Positions 36,986 through 47,721 are shown, numbered from the stretch's first letter. The stretch is DNA of 64,000 nt from an uncultured virus (IMG/VR IMGVR_UViG_3300015360_000035) (IMGVR_UViG_3300015360_000035), one strand, 5' to 3'. Numbers and translations are program-made. The notes: generated by a model not told the origin, from the sequence alone.

Positions 36986-38326
36986 ATGTCAAGTCAATTA
37001 GATCCAGGCCAAATTATAAAGCAAGCATATGATGAAGCAAATCAAGCTCATCAAGTTAATATTGTTGCTGGTACGCTTACCGAAGGTGCAACTGTTGCGG
37101 ATGGTGGGGCTCTTCCTGCTGTAGTAAAAGTTGTTGGTGGATATGATGGTACTAATGTTCAGGTAATTAAAACTGATGCTGCTGGAGAATTACAAATCGA
37201 TGTTCTTTCTTCTGCTTTACCCACTGGGGCATCAACTGAAGTAAAACAAGATACTGGCAATACTTCCCTTTCCTCCATAGATTCTAAAACTCCTGCTTTA
37301 GGTCAAGCTCTTTCTGCAGCTTCTGTTCCTGTTGTGCTTACAGCTGCACAAATTTCAACTTTAACCCCTCTATCTTCAGTGACAGTAACTCAGGCTACTG
37401 GAACCAATTTACACGCTGTTATAGACAGTTCTGCTCTTCCTACTAATGCCTCTACATCAGCTTTACAATCTACTGGTAATACTTCACTTTCAAGCATTGA
37501 TGGTAAACTGGCTTCCTTAGGACAAAAAACATCTGCTGGATCTGAACCAGTAGTTATTGCTTCTGATCAATCTGCTATTCCTGTATCACAATCTGGTACT
37601 TGGCATATTACAAACGTATCAGGCACAGTATCACTACCAACTGGCGCATCTACATCTGCCAATCAAACCAATAAATCTCAATATGCTCGTATTACAGACG
37701 GTACTGATGATGCTTTAGTTACTGTAGCTGGAGAATTAAATGTTCTAGCCAGTGCTCAACCTGGAATAGACATTGGAGATGTAACAATCAACAATGCTTC
37801 AGGGGCAGCAGCAGTTAATATTCAAGATGGTGGAAATAGTATTACAGTAGATGCAACATCTCTTCCTTTGCCTACCGGTGCCTCTACAAGCGCATTACAA
37901 ACAACTGGCAATACTTCCCTTTCTTCTATAGATTCTAAAATTCCTGCTTTAGGGCAGGCTTTAGCAGCTTCTTCTGTTCCAGTGGTTCTTACTGCTTCGC
38001 AATTAACTACACTCACTCCATTAACTTCAGTAACAGTAACACAAGCTACTGGCACTAATTTACATACAGTTGTAGATAGTTCAGCTCTTCCAACTGGAGC
38101 AGCTACTCAGGCTACTTTATCTACTCTTAGCACTAATGTTGCTGCTAGATTAACAGGTTCTTTTGTACCTACAGCATTTGACGAAACTGCCATAACATAT
38201 GTACCTTCAGGTAATGGTGTTGGCCAAATTCAAACTGCTGTTTATAAATTAGCGACGGTTACAGTTAAGACATTAACTTTATCTTATGATTCTAGTAATC
38301 GTCTTTCAGGTGTGGTAGCGAGCTAA
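36986..38326 (+). CDS. Ser/Thr/Ala-rich fibre-like virion protein
   Basis: Modules shared with 26637..27977, duplicated internally. Confidence 0.7.
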   Translation: MSSQLDPGQIIKQAYDEANQAHQVNIVAGTLTEGATVADGGALPAVVKVVGGYDGTNVQVIKTDAAGELQIDVLSSALPTGASTEVKQDTGNTSLSSIDSKTPALGQALSAASVPVVLTAAQISTLTPLSSVTVTQATGTNLHAVIDSSALPTNASTSALQSTGNTSLSSIDGKLASLGQKTSAGSEPVVIASDQSAIPVSQSGTWHITNVSGTVSLPTGASTSANQTNKSQYARITDGTDDALVTVAGELNVLASAQPGIDIGDVTINNASGAAAVNIQDGGNSITVDATSLPLPTGASTSALQTTGNTSLSSIDSKIPALGQALAASSVPVVLTASQLTTLTPLTSVTVTQATGTNLHTVVDSSALPTGAATQATLSTLSTNVAARLTGSFVPTAFDETAITYVPSGNGVGQIQTAVYKLATVTVKTLTLSYDSSNRLSGVVAS

Positions 38327-38328
38327 TT

Positions 38329-38718
38329 ATGAGTACTAGTTATTCTTTTAATCCATTCACTTCCTCTTTAGATGCAGTTTCAACAGATAATTATATCTCT
38401 GAAACATCATTTTCTGCAGCAAATAATCAAGTTGCTGCTGCCAATGTTACTGGATTTTTATTTGCAAATGCTAGTATAAGATCTTTTGAAGCTTTGGCTT
38501 CTGTAACAATTGTTGCAACTAGTAATTTATACGAATCTTTTAAGCTTTATGGTATACAAAAAGGTGCTGCTTGGGAAATGAGTCAAACTGCAGTTGGGGA
38601 TACTAGTGGGGTTGTTTTTACAATTACTACTGGGGGACAAATTCAATACACATCAACTAACATTGCTGGATTTACCTCTGATACTATTAAATTTAGAGCA
38701 ATTATTACAAGCGTATAA
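38329..38718 (+). CDS. Virion structural protein, paralog of 34885..35358
   Basis: Shared motifs. Confidence 0.6.
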   Translation: MSTSYSFNPFTSSLDAVSTDNYISETSFSAANNQVAAANVTGFLFANASIRSFEALASVTIVATSNLYESFKLYGIQKGAAWEMSQTAVGDTSGVVFTITTGGQIQYTSTNIAGFTSDTIKFRAIITSV

Positions 38719-38730
38719 GGGATATATTTT

Positions 38731-39219
38731 ATGGGTTTAAATTTATCAACATCATTATTAGATAATGCACAAATCATAAAGAAAGTATTTGATAGTTCTA
38801 ATGATGCAGTAAGAACTGTACCAGCTGAAGTAACTAGTTTTGCAATAGAAGTAGATGCTGCTGATGGAGATAATATTGCCGTTAAAGGATTAAGTGGCTC
38901 AACAAAAGCTAGTATTACTAATACAAATACTGGTGTGATTATAGCTGCAGCTGATTGTTCTGGATATAGAAGCTTTAATCTTTATACAAATACTACTACA
39001 ATTATAGTAGGTCCTCAAGCCTGTACTGTAGAGGTTAGCCCTTCTGATACAGATAATGTTTGGAAAGCAACCACTTTAACAGTAACTCCTGATGCAACTG
39101 TTGGAAATGTAATTATGGGAACAGTAAATAGTGCTATTGTTGCTAGACGTATACGAGTATCAATCGCTGCTGCAATAACTTCAGGTGCGTTTGATATTTA
39201 TTTAGTGATGCAAGGCTAG
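38731..39219 (+). CDS. Virion appendage protein
   Basis: N-terminal LDNAQIIKKVFD..NDA.R motif. Confidence 0.55.
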   Translation: MGLNLSTSLLDNAQIIKKVFDSSNDAVRTVPAEVTSFAIEVDAADGDNIAVKGLSGSTKASITNTNTGVIIAAADCSGYRSFNLYTNTTTIIVGPQACTVEVSPSDTDNVWKATTLTVTPDATVGNVIMGTVNSAIVARRIRVSIAAAITSGAFDIYLVMQG

Positions 39220-39222
39220 AAC

Positions 39223-39630
39223 ATGGGTAGAATTTATCAAGGTCCAGCACATTTAATGGATAGTTATGAGAAGCCTGTTTCTATTATACAGGAATCTTTA
39301 CCCATTATTGCTGAATCTAAACTTATAGAAATAATCAAAGAAGTTCCAGTTGAAATTATTAAAGAAATCAAAGTTATTGAAGAAAAGATTATTCATGTTC
39401 CAGTTATTGAATATGTAATTAAAGAAGTTCCAGTTGAAATTATTAAAGAAATTAAAATAATTGAAGAAAAATTAGTTCATGTTCCTGTGATTGAATACGT
39501 CGAAAAGCACATTGAAGTTATTAAAGAAATTGAAAAGTTTGTTGATAAAGAAATAAAAGTTGTTCCTTTGTGGATAAAGGTAATAGCTATTATTGAAGCT
39601 TTATTAATAATTGGCCTGTTAATTAAATAA
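39223..39630 (+). CDS. VPV/charged-repeat protein with C-terminal membrane anchor
   Basis: IKEVPVEIIKEIK.IEEK..HVPVIEYV x2; hydrophobic tail. Confidence 0.65.
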   Translation: MGRIYQGPAHLMDSYEKPVSIIQESLPIIAESKLIEIIKEVPVEIIKEIKVIEEKIIHVPVIEYVIKEVPVEIIKEIKIIEEKLVHVPVIEYVEKHIEVIKEIEKFVDKEIKVVPLWIKVIAIIEALLIIGLLIK

Positions 39631-39646
39631 AATTGGAGAGATATAT

Positions 39647-40063
39647 ATGATGGATAAATTGATGAAATTGATGGAAAAGAAAAAAGCAGAAGGAAAAGGA
39701 CTTGATCCTATGCGAGCTAAAGCTAAAATGTCTATGCTAGAAGCACTTAAAGATGAAATGTCTGGTATGATGGCAGGCGATCTTCATGGTGAAAAAATGG
39801 CTAAAGCTGAAGTCATTGCTCCTGATAAAGAAAGTCTAAAAATTGGTTTAGAAAAAGCAAGTCAAATTGTTGATAAATCTAAAATGCCTGAATTAGAAGA
39901 TGAAGAAGAATCTCCAGAACATGAAGCTATGGAATCTTCTGATGAAGAAATGAAGGAACAAGATGAAGAAGCTCTTATGGATGCTTATAAAATGGCCCCT
40001 TCAAAAGAAAATCTAGAAAAATTGATGTTATGTTTAGAAGCTAAAAAAGAGAAAATGGCATAA
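39647..40063 (+). CDS. Met/Lys/Glu-rich hypothetical protein
   Basis: GGAG RBS; ORF track. Confidence 0.6.
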   Translation: MMDKLMKLMEKKKAEGKGLDPMRAKAKMSMLEALKDEMSGMMAGDLHGEKMAKAEVIAPDKESLKIGLEKASQIVDKSKMPELEDEEESPEHEAMESSDEEMKEQDEEALMDAYKMAPSKENLEKLMLCLEAKKEKMA

Positions 40064-40086
40064 AACTTTTCGAATAAGGAGTAGTT

Positions 40087-41091
40087 ATGGCCTCAACAGG
40101 TTACTTAACGAGTTCTTCTCTAATAGAAACAATCAAAAGAGAAGGGATGATACCCACATCTCAGAATACTTTTTCTGATAATGATTTCTTAGCTATGGCT
40201 AATCAAGAAATCAAAATTGGTTTAGTTCCTTCTATCATGCAATACCACGAAGAATATTTAGTAATTGACAGCGATGATATTACTCTTGTTGCTAATAAAA
40301 GCAATTATTCTATACCTTATCGGGCAATAGGAAACAAATTTCGAGAGGTCTTTTATAAAGATCAAAGTGGTAATTTACGGGCCATGAGCAGAATATCTCC
40401 TGATCATAGACCATTTTATCAACAGTCTGGTCTTCAATCTCAATTTGTCCACTTCTATATTAAAGGTAATGATGTTGTTTTAGTTCCTGATGTTGGATCT
40501 AATCCTGTCGGGTCTATTATTTTTAGTTATTGGTTTAAGCCTAATGATTTAGTATCTGAATCAAGAGTTTCTACTATTACCTCCATTTCCACTGGAGCAA
40601 GTACAACTACTTATGCTGTTGATTTTATACCCCAAAATCTACAAGCTTTTGTTCAAGATGGAGTAACTCTGACCTCATTCTCTAGTTTATCCAAATTAGA
40701 TTTATTACAAAGAAAACCTGGACATAAAACAGTAGCTTTTGATATTTATCCTACAAGTGTGGATACAACTAATAAAACTATTACATTTAGTAGTAATGAT
40801 GTTGATACTTCAGTTGTTGCTGGAGATTACGTAGCTTTTGCTGGTGAATGTATTATTCCTCAAATACCTTCTGATCTTCATGATGTTCTTGCACATAGGG
40901 TTATGATGCGAGCTGTACAGGCTCTAGGTGATACCAATGCCTATCAAATTGCTTCTACTAAGCTTAATGAAATGGAAAAGAACACAGGCATCCTAATTGA
41001 TAATAGAAGTGAAGGAAATCCACAAAAAATTAATAATATAAGAGGTCCATTAAGAGCTGCTAAATTTCAGTCTTATAGAAGAGTGCGATAA
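40087..41091 (+). CDS. Probable head-tail adaptor (tail tubular protein A-like)
   Basis: Size, position before the nozzle-like gene, 'PQIPSDLHDVL'. Confidence 0.55.
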   Translation: MASTGYLTSSSLIETIKREGMIPTSQNTFSDNDFLAMANQEIKIGLVPSIMQYHEEYLVIDSDDITLVANKSNYSIPYRAIGNKFREVFYKDQSGNLRAMSRISPDHRPFYQQSGLQSQFVHFYIKGNDVVLVPDVGSNPVGSIIFSYWFKPNDLVSESRVSTITSISTGASTTTYAVDFIPQNLQAFVQDGVTLTSFSSLSKLDLLQRKPGHKTVAFDIYPTSVDTTNKTITFSSNDVDTSVVAGDYVAFAGECIIPQIPSDLHDVLAHRVMMRAVQALGDTNAYQIASTKLNEMEKNTGILIDNRSEGNPQKINNIRGPLRAAKFQSYRRVR

Positions 41092-44000
41092 TGTCCCAGA
41101 ATTTATTATTAAAAGCATCTGGATTACATACTTTACCCAATCACTTAAGTTCTGTTCCTGAAGGGGCATTACTTAAAGCTAATAATGTAAATATCAATAG
41201 AGACAATATCGTCGAATCTAGACGTGGTTTTAAAGTTTATGGTAGTGAAATGGCTACCAGTGCCCATCAACTTATAAATTATAAAAATAGAATACTTAGG
41301 CACTCAGGATCTGTATCTGGTGAGATTTTAGATTATGATAGTGGGGCGGGAACCTTTGTCGCTTTTAAACTATCTCTGACTGGCGATATTATAAACGCAA
41401 ATCCTAATGTGTCAAATTTAATTAGTACCTCTCAGTTATTTATTGGCATGTTTGTTACTGGAACTGGTATTCCTATAAACACAACTATTCTTTCAATTAC
41501 GAATAATACATCAATTGTACTTTCTAATAATGCAACTGCTACTACTGTTGGAGTTTCTTTAACCTTTACTTTCAAAATACAAGAAGCAGTTGAAGGAACT
41601 CGTATAAAAAGCATTGAGCAAAATGGTAATCTTTATTTTACAACTAGTGAAGGTATTCAAAAGATCTCAGTTTCTTCAGCTTCACAATTTTCTTCTGCTG
41701 TAATTACAAATGCGGGAGGAGTTAAAGCCTTAGATTTCAAAGTTGATATTAATAATAATAGTGGATTTTTTAACAACAATTCAGTTCTTGCTTATAGGAT
41801 TGTTTGGGGAATTAAAGATGCCAATAATAATCTTATACTCGGAACACCTAGTGATCGAATTGTTATAAGAAATAGAACAGGTTCTTCTAAAACATTAGAT
41901 GTTCGCATTACTATTCCTAGAGAAATTACCACTGCTTATTTTTATCAAATTTATAGAACTAGTCTATTTCCTGATGTTTCTGGTAGCCAAGATCCAGGAG
42001 ACGAACAAAGATTAGTATATGAAGCCAATCCTACTACTGGAGATTTAACTGCTGGTTATGTTATTGTGCCTGATATAACTCCTAATGACTTTAGAGGAGT
42101 AGATTTATATACTAATCAAAATACTGGAGAAGGTTTTCTTCAAGCTAATGACGCTCCTCCATTAGCAACAGATATTACCACTTATAAAAATTATACTTTT
42201 TATTCTAATACTAAAACTAAACAAAGATTAAACTTATCCTTACTTTCAACATTAGCTGTTGGTACTTTAACTATCACTGATGGAACAACTTCTAATATGT
42301 ATACTTTTAGAACTCAAACTCTAACTTGCGATACGAACACCAGTACAACTGTAAGTAATATAAATACTACTAATTTAACTACAGGAGCTTCTATTTCTGG
42401 AGCAGATTTTGATTTAGGTACCTATATTATTAGAATCATTACTCCTGGGGTAACCGGAAGTATACAAATATCAAAAGCAGCAACAGCTACTACTGTAGGA
42501 ACTTTTCTTACCAGTGGTTATGAAAGCTCTAGTTTAAAATATATTGGCATTTCTCAGTTTGACAGCACGGGACAAAAGGTTGAAGAAACATCTAGATCCT
42601 TGATTAGAATAATTAATAGTCAAGATGACGGGCTAGTTAATGCTTCTTATATTTCTAAAATTGACGAAGTTCCAGGAGCTTTTTATCTAGAAGGTAGAAG
42701 CTTTAATCAATCAGCCTTCTATTTAAATGTTAATGATGTTCCAGCTGGAACCCAATTCAGTCCTAATTTACCCGTAGCAGGAAGTAGTGTAATTTCTACA
42801 AATGAAGTTTCTCCAAATAGAATTTATTATAGTAAAGTTCAACAACCAGAAGCTGTACCTCTTTTAAACTACTTAGACATTGGACCTAAAGATAAACAAA
42901 TCATAAGAGTCCTTGGATTACGAGATAGCTTATTCATTTTAAAAGAAGAGGGTATTTACCGTTTGTCTGGTTTTTCTGCTCCTTTCCAATTATTTCCATT
43001 TGATTTTAGCACAAACATTGTGGCAGTTGATAGTGCTGTTATTTTAAATAATCTTATCTATTTATTTAGTAATCAGGGAATTACTACGATTTCTGATAAT
43101 GGTGTTAATATTATTAGTAGACCAATTGAAGATCAAATTGTTAAGTTTTTAACTCCTCAATTTACTAATTTCAACAAAGCTACCTTTGGAATAGCTTATG
43201 AAAGTGATAGAGCTTACTATTTATTTACTGTAAAAAATATTTCAGATACCTATGCTACTCAATGTTATCGTTTTAATACCTTCACAAATAGTTGGACTAT
43301 TTATGATATTAGTAAAAGAAGCGGTATTGTTAATTTTGCTGATGATAAATTATATTTAGCAGCAAATGACATTAACTATATTGAACAAGAAAGAAAACTA
43401 TTTAATAGAACTGATTTTGCTGATCGAGAATATACTTTATCTTTACAAACTGCAAGTGTTAATAATACTTCAATTATTCTTCCTTCTTTAACAAATGTCA
43501 AAATATATGATGTTATGGTTCAAACTCAATATTTAACAATTAATCAATTTAATAGATTATTATCTAAATTAGATCGAGATATTTCTTTATCCGATAATAA
43601 TTATGTTTCAAGTGGTTTAGCTATTCCTGGTAATACTCTTAATACAAAATTAGATGTCCTCATTACTAAAATTGCTAATGATGCCGGTAGACTTGCTGTT
43701 GCTGGGGCAACTGCTGCTGGAACCTATACTGCTTTATCTCCAGTATCTAGTACTTTTTCAATATTACAAACCACCTTTAATAGTTTAATTACTTTATTAA
43801 ATAATGATTCTGGTGTATTTTATTCAAACTATAGTATGTCTTCTGGTACAGTGGATTATGAATTTCCAATATTAGAAATTGATAGTACTCTAAATACCAT
43901 AACAACTAGTTATAAGTTTCCCTTAATGACTGGTCCTATGATTTTGTATAAACACATTGCAACTGAACTTCAATTTGTTCCTCAAACATTAACAGATACC

Positions 44001-44333
44001 TCCATAACTAAGCAAGCAACAGAAGGTACGTTCATATTTGAGGATAGTAGTTTTACGTCCATTATTTCATCCTATTCTTCTGATCTAAGTGCAGACTTTG
44101 AAGAAATTATGATTTCTGGTAATGGTGCTGGATTATTTGGAACAGATAAATATGGTAATGGTTTATATGGAGGTAATGGGTCTGGTATTCCATTTAGAAC
44201 CTTTATTCCTAGAGAAAAACAAAGATGTCGTTATATCAATGCTCGTATGCAACATTTCTTTGCTAGAGAAGTTTTCTCTCTTTATGGATTATCAATTACT
44301 TTCCAACCTACTTCTACTAGAGGATGGAGATAA
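41091..44333 (+). CDS. Probable tail nozzle/stabilisation protein (tubular protein B-like)
   Basis: 1080 aa; beta-propeller-like 'NRIYYSK..PEA', 'LFILKEEGIYRL'. Confidence 0.65.
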   Translation: MSQNLLLKASGLHTLPNHLSSVPEGALLKANNVNINRDNIVESRRGFKVYGSEMATSAHQLINYKNRILRHSGSVSGEILDYDSGAGTFVAFKLSLTGDIINANPNVSNLISTSQLFIGMFVTGTGIPINTTILSITNNTSIVLSNNATATTVGVSLTFTFKIQEAVEGTRIKSIEQNGNLYFTTSEGIQKISVSSASQFSSAVITNAGGVKALDFKVDINNNSGFFNNNSVLAYRIVWGIKDANNNLILGTPSDRIVIRNRTGSSKTLDVRITIPREITTAYFYQIYRTSLFPDVSGSQDPGDEQRLVYEANPTTGDLTAGYVIVPDITPNDFRGVDLYTNQNTGEGFLQANDAPPLATDITTYKNYTFYSNTKTKQRLNLSLLSTLAVGTLTITDGTTSNMYTFRTQTLTCDTNTSTTVSNINTTNLTTGASISGADFDLGTYIIRIITPGVTGSIQISKAATATTVGTFLTSGYESSSLKYIGISQFDSTGQKVEETSRSLIRIINSQDDGLVNASYISKIDEVPGAFYLEGRSFNQSAFYLNVNDVPAGTQFSPNLPVAGSSVISTNEVSPNRIYYSKVQQPEAVPLLNYLDIGPKDKQIIRVLGLRDSLFILKEEGIYRLSGFSAPFQLFPFDFSTNIVAVDSAVILNNLIYLFSNQGITTISDNGVNIISRPIEDQIVKFLTPQFTNFNKATFGIAYESDRAYYLFTVKNISDTYATQCYRFNTFTNSWTIYDISKRSGIVNFADDKLYLAANDINYIEQERKLFNRTDFADREYTLSLQTASVNNTSIILPSLTNVKIYDVMVQTQYLTINQFNRLLSKLDRDISLSDNNYVSSGLAIPGNTLNTKLDVLITKIANDAGRLAVAGATAAGTYTALSPVSSTFSILQTTFNSLITLLNNDSGVFYSNYSMSSGTVDYEFPILEIDSTLNTITTSYKFPLMTGPMILYKHIATELQFVPQTLTDTSITKQATEGTFIFEDSSFTSIISSYSSDLSADFEEIMISGNGAGLFGTDKYGNGLYGGNGSGIPFRTFIPREKQRCRYINARMQHFFAREVFSLYGLSITFQPTSTRGWR

Positions 44334-44336
44334 TCT

Positions 44337-44750
44337 ATGTCTCGAATTCAGAATTTTAAAAGGATAATAACAGAAGATTACGAGGACGAGTATAAAAACT
44401 TAGTTTCTAAGTTAGGATCTTCTATTAATACCTTTGCAGATGAAGTTACTTCTGCTTTAGATAATAATTTATCTATTGATGATAACCTAAATATAGCTAA
44501 GAAAACCTTAACTGTAACAGTTGATGCTAGTGGGCTACCTTTATCCTCAACTTCTGTAAAATCCGGATTAAGCGGATCTTGCATAGGAATTCAAGTTATA
44601 GGAGCTATAAACCTAACAAATTCAACAACATCTCCAACTTCCACTCCATTTATTAGTTATGACGATAATGGTGGGGTAATAAAAGTTAACAAAATTACTA
44701 ACTTACAAGCTAATGATAAATATCAATTAAATTTGATTTTATACACTTAA
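44337..44750 (+). CDS. Virion protein
   Basis: Context. Confidence 0.5.
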   Translation: MSRIQNFKRIITEDYEDEYKNLVSKLGSSINTFADEVTSALDNNLSIDDNLNIAKKTLTVTVDASGLPLSSTSVKSGLSGSCIGIQVIGAINLTNSTTSPTSTPFISYDDNGGVIKVNKITNLQANDKYQLNLILYT

Positions 44751-44751
44751 A

Positions 44752-44764
44752 AAATTAACAAGTA
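44752..44764 (+). promoter_or_regulatory. Late promoter motif
   Basis: AAATTAACAAGTA 19 nt before ATG 44784. Confidence 0.65.
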
Positions 44765-44783
44765 TATTATAGAGGCATTCAAT

Positions 44784-46322
44784 ATGGCAACAGTACAAGT
44801 AAATGATCAGGACAAGTTTAATAAGCTTAAACTTGGAACAATACCTACTGATCCGCAAGCTGCCGCAACAAATACTTTTAATCCAAACGCTCCTACTTCT
44901 AGTGGTCGTTTTAATAATTTAAATCAATATTTACAAGCTAATAAATCTGCCAACATAGGTGGTAAAATTGTTAATAAAATTTCTGGACAGGCTACCAAAT
45001 TAGGTAGTCAATTTGCCAAAGTTGAAAAAGATGCTAAAGACGCAGCATTAGCTAATGCTGCTCCTACTTATGATCACAATTCTGTATCTAGTTTTTTAGT
45101 TAATCCTACTGAAGATATTAAAGATCCAAATAAAGTAGCATTGTTTAAAAAAATGAGGGACGCTGCTTATACAGGGGCAAATTCAATTGCTGGTATTCAG
45201 GCAATGAAAGACAACGCACGTAGTATAAGTGACTTAGCTTCTAAAGGACAAACTGAAGAAGGTCGTAACGTATTACTTAATAATTTATATGGTGGATCTG
45301 GAGAATATAGTTCAGGCCAAAGAAAATTAGATTCTTTATTAACGGGTGCTGATTCTTCTCAAGTTTCCGAATTAGAACAACTTGCTCCTTCTATAAAAGT
45401 TGGTGGACAAATTGATCAAGGTGAGAAAGATTTTACTGCTTTAGTCGACGCCTATAAAGCACAAGCTATTGATACTAAAGGAAAAACTAAAGCACTGTTT
45501 GGAGAGGTTCTTGGAAGTATTGATGCTCAAACCGTTAAAGATGTAAAAACTCAAAATGACGCAAGAGACGCTGAAGCTACTAAATTTATAAATAGTTTAA
45601 GTGCCCCAACAAGTGAGTTATTGTCTCAATTAGGATTAGATCCTACTACAAAAACTTATGGCATTAACGATTTAGCTAAGTATGCAAAGAAAAGTACTAC
45701 TCCTTTAACCGCTCAACAAGTTTTATCTCCGGAAAAATATGCTCAATTACAAGCGATTTCAAAACTAGCTGAAGGTTCTCTTGCTGGAACCTCAGCTCAA
45801 GATACTTTAACTAAACTAGCAGACCCTGCATACCAAGGCGGAGGAAAAGCTCCTGCGTATACTTTTGATTCTGGTGCATTGAGTGCAGATATTGCCGCAA
45901 ATAAAGATGAATGGGACCAAGGTTTTGGTACAGCTTCTAAAGAACAATTGGGATCTGTCAAAGATATTAAAGACGTCATGATTAAACATTTACCAACTAC
46001 TACTCCTACTCAAGTTACAGATAAATTTGGAAATACGGGTACTATAATGGGACCAGGACCAAATCCTGATGTAGTTTTCTCAAACTGGGTTGAACAATAT
46101 AAACAAAATCCTAAATCTTTTGCTGAAGATGTTATTGGGACTAACCAAGGTTATTCTGGACCTGATAGAGATGCTATTATGGCAGCTCTTAGTAAATATA
46201 TGACTCAACAAGGCTCATTAAATGCTTTAACTGCAAAATATAAACCAAGTTCATCACTAGGCTATATTGGATCTGATAAAGTCATAGCTCCTCCTTCTCG
46301 ACGTAGAAAGGTAGTTGGATAA
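44784..46322 (+). CDS. Probable internal virion/ejection protein
   Basis: Ala/Gln/Lys-rich helical composition; context. Confidence 0.55.
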   Translation: MATVQVNDQDKFNKLKLGTIPTDPQAAATNTFNPNAPTSSGRFNNLNQYLQANKSANIGGKIVNKISGQATKLGSQFAKVEKDAKDAALANAAPTYDHNSVSSFLVNPTEDIKDPNKVALFKKMRDAAYTGANSIAGIQAMKDNARSISDLASKGQTEEGRNVLLNNLYGGSGEYSSGQRKLDSLLTGADSSQVSELEQLAPSIKVGGQIDQGEKDFTALVDAYKAQAIDTKGKTKALFGEVLGSIDAQTVKDVKTQNDARDAEATKFINSLSAPTSELLSQLGLDPTTKTYGINDLAKYAKKSTTPLTAQQVLSPEKYAQLQAISKLAEGSLAGTSAQDTLTKLADPAYQGGGKAPAYTFDSGALSADIAANKDEWDQGFGTASKEQLGSVKDIKDVMIKHLPTTTPTQVTDKFGNTGTIMGPGPNPDVVFSNWVEQYKQNPKSFAEDVIGTNQGYSGPDRDAIMAALSKYMTQQGSLNALTAKYKPSSSLGYIGSDKVIAPPSRRRKVVG

Positions 46323-46699
46323 TGAATATTAGGAAGTATGAACGCTCAGATTATCCTATAGTATGTGAATGGTGGTCCATGCATAAATGGCCAAACATTC
46401 CGGCGTCTATGCTTCCAAGTACTGGATTTATTATTGACAAGGTTTGTGCTGGGTTTCTATATAAAACAGATAGTACAATAGGTATTCTTGAATTTATTAT
46501 TTCTAATCCTAATTCTGATGTACAAATTCGATCAAATGGGTTAAACTTATTGATTGAAACTCTTGTTGCAGAAGCAAAAGTTAATGGTATGAGTGCAATT
46601 TTTACATCAGTTAATAACAATAAACTTATCAACAGATATAAAGACTTAGGTTTTACAGAAAGTGATAAAAATATAACAAATATGGTGAGGGTTATCTAA
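46322..46699 (+). CDS. GNAT-fold protein in the ejection-protein cluster
   Basis: 'LEFIISNP...R..GL..LI..L...AK..G...Y..LGF'. Confidence 0.65.
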   Translation: MNIRKYERSDYPIVCEWWSMHKWPNIPASMLPSTGFIIDKVCAGFLYKTDSTIGILEFIISNPNSDVQIRSNGLNLLIETLVAEAKVNGMSAIFTSVNNNKLINRYKDLGFTESDKNITNMVRVI

Positions 46700-47718
46700 T
46701 GGCTATAGGAACAGCTGCTGCGCTTTTGGGTATTGGTTCTGCTTTAGCTCCGATTATTGGTGGTGCTATTGGTAATGCTGCCTCACAAGGGGATAGAGAT
46801 AAACAACGTCAATTAATGGAAAAGGCATTGGCAAACATTGCCGGTATTCCTTTACCTGACATTCAGGCTATGCAACTTGACTATGATTCTCCTGAACTTC
46901 AAGGTATATTACAACCTGAAATGATTAAACTTGTAAAAGCTGATCCGTCTTTAATGCAAGATATTAAAGTTGATCCTAGATTAAGAGATGCTCAAATGTC
47001 AGCATTATCTAAACTACAAGAAGTTGGTGCTTCTGGATTTAGACCTGAAGATGAAGCGATGTTAAATCGAATAAAATCCGAAGTAGCTCAAGATGCAAAT
47101 GCTAAAGATCAAGCTATTCTTCAAAATATGCAACAACGTGGAATTGGTGGAGCAGGAGCAGAATTAGCTTCTAGACTTGGATCTTCCCAAAGTGCTGCAA
47201 ATAGAGAATCTCAACAAGGATTAGATATTGCTGGACAAGCTTCACAGCGGGCTCTTGATGCTATTTTAAAAAGTGGATCATTCGGTCAATCTATGGAACA
47301 AACTCAGTTTGATCAAGAAGCTCGAAAAGCTACCGCTCAAGATGTTATTAATAAATGGAATACTGCCAATGCCCAGGATGTTGGAGCTAAAAATACTGGG
47401 ATTACAAATGATGCAGCAGCTGCAAATTTAGCTATGCAACAAAAAATTGCAGATCTTAAAGTTCAAATTGCTAATCAACAACAGGCTTATAATAAAAATT
47501 TACCACAAGTAAAATTTACTAATGCTTTACAGCAGGCTATTGCTGCATCTGGACAAACTAAAAATCTATCTGACTTAGCTGGGACAAACGCTACTCAAAC
47601 TCAAGCAACTGGTGCTGGTGTTGGGCAAGGTGTTGGACAAGCTTTTGCTGGTTTTGGACAGGCTGCTCAAAATCAAGATCTACTTGATATTTTGAAAAAG
47701 AATAAGGCTCAAGGATAA
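46699..47718 (+). CDS. Probable ejection (DNA transfer) protein
   Basis: Gly/Ala hydrophobic N-terminus; Gln/Ala-rich; 'MQQRGIGG'. Confidence 0.65.
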   Translation: MAIGTAAALLGIGSALAPIIGGAIGNAASQGDRDKQRQLMEKALANIAGIPLPDIQAMQLDYDSPELQGILQPEMIKLVKADPSLMQDIKVDPRLRDAQMSALSKLQEVGASGFRPEDEAMLNRIKSEVAQDANAKDQAILQNMQQRGIGGAGAELASRLGSSQSAANRESQQGLDIAGQASQRALDAILKSGSFGQSMEQTQFDQEARKATAQDVINKWNTANAQDVGAKNTGITNDAAAANLAMQQKIADLKVQIANQQQAYNKNLPQVKFTNALQQAIAASGQTKNLSDLAGTNATQTQATGAGVGQGVGQAFAGFGQAAQNQDLLDILKKNKAQG

Positions 47719-47721
47719 ATC

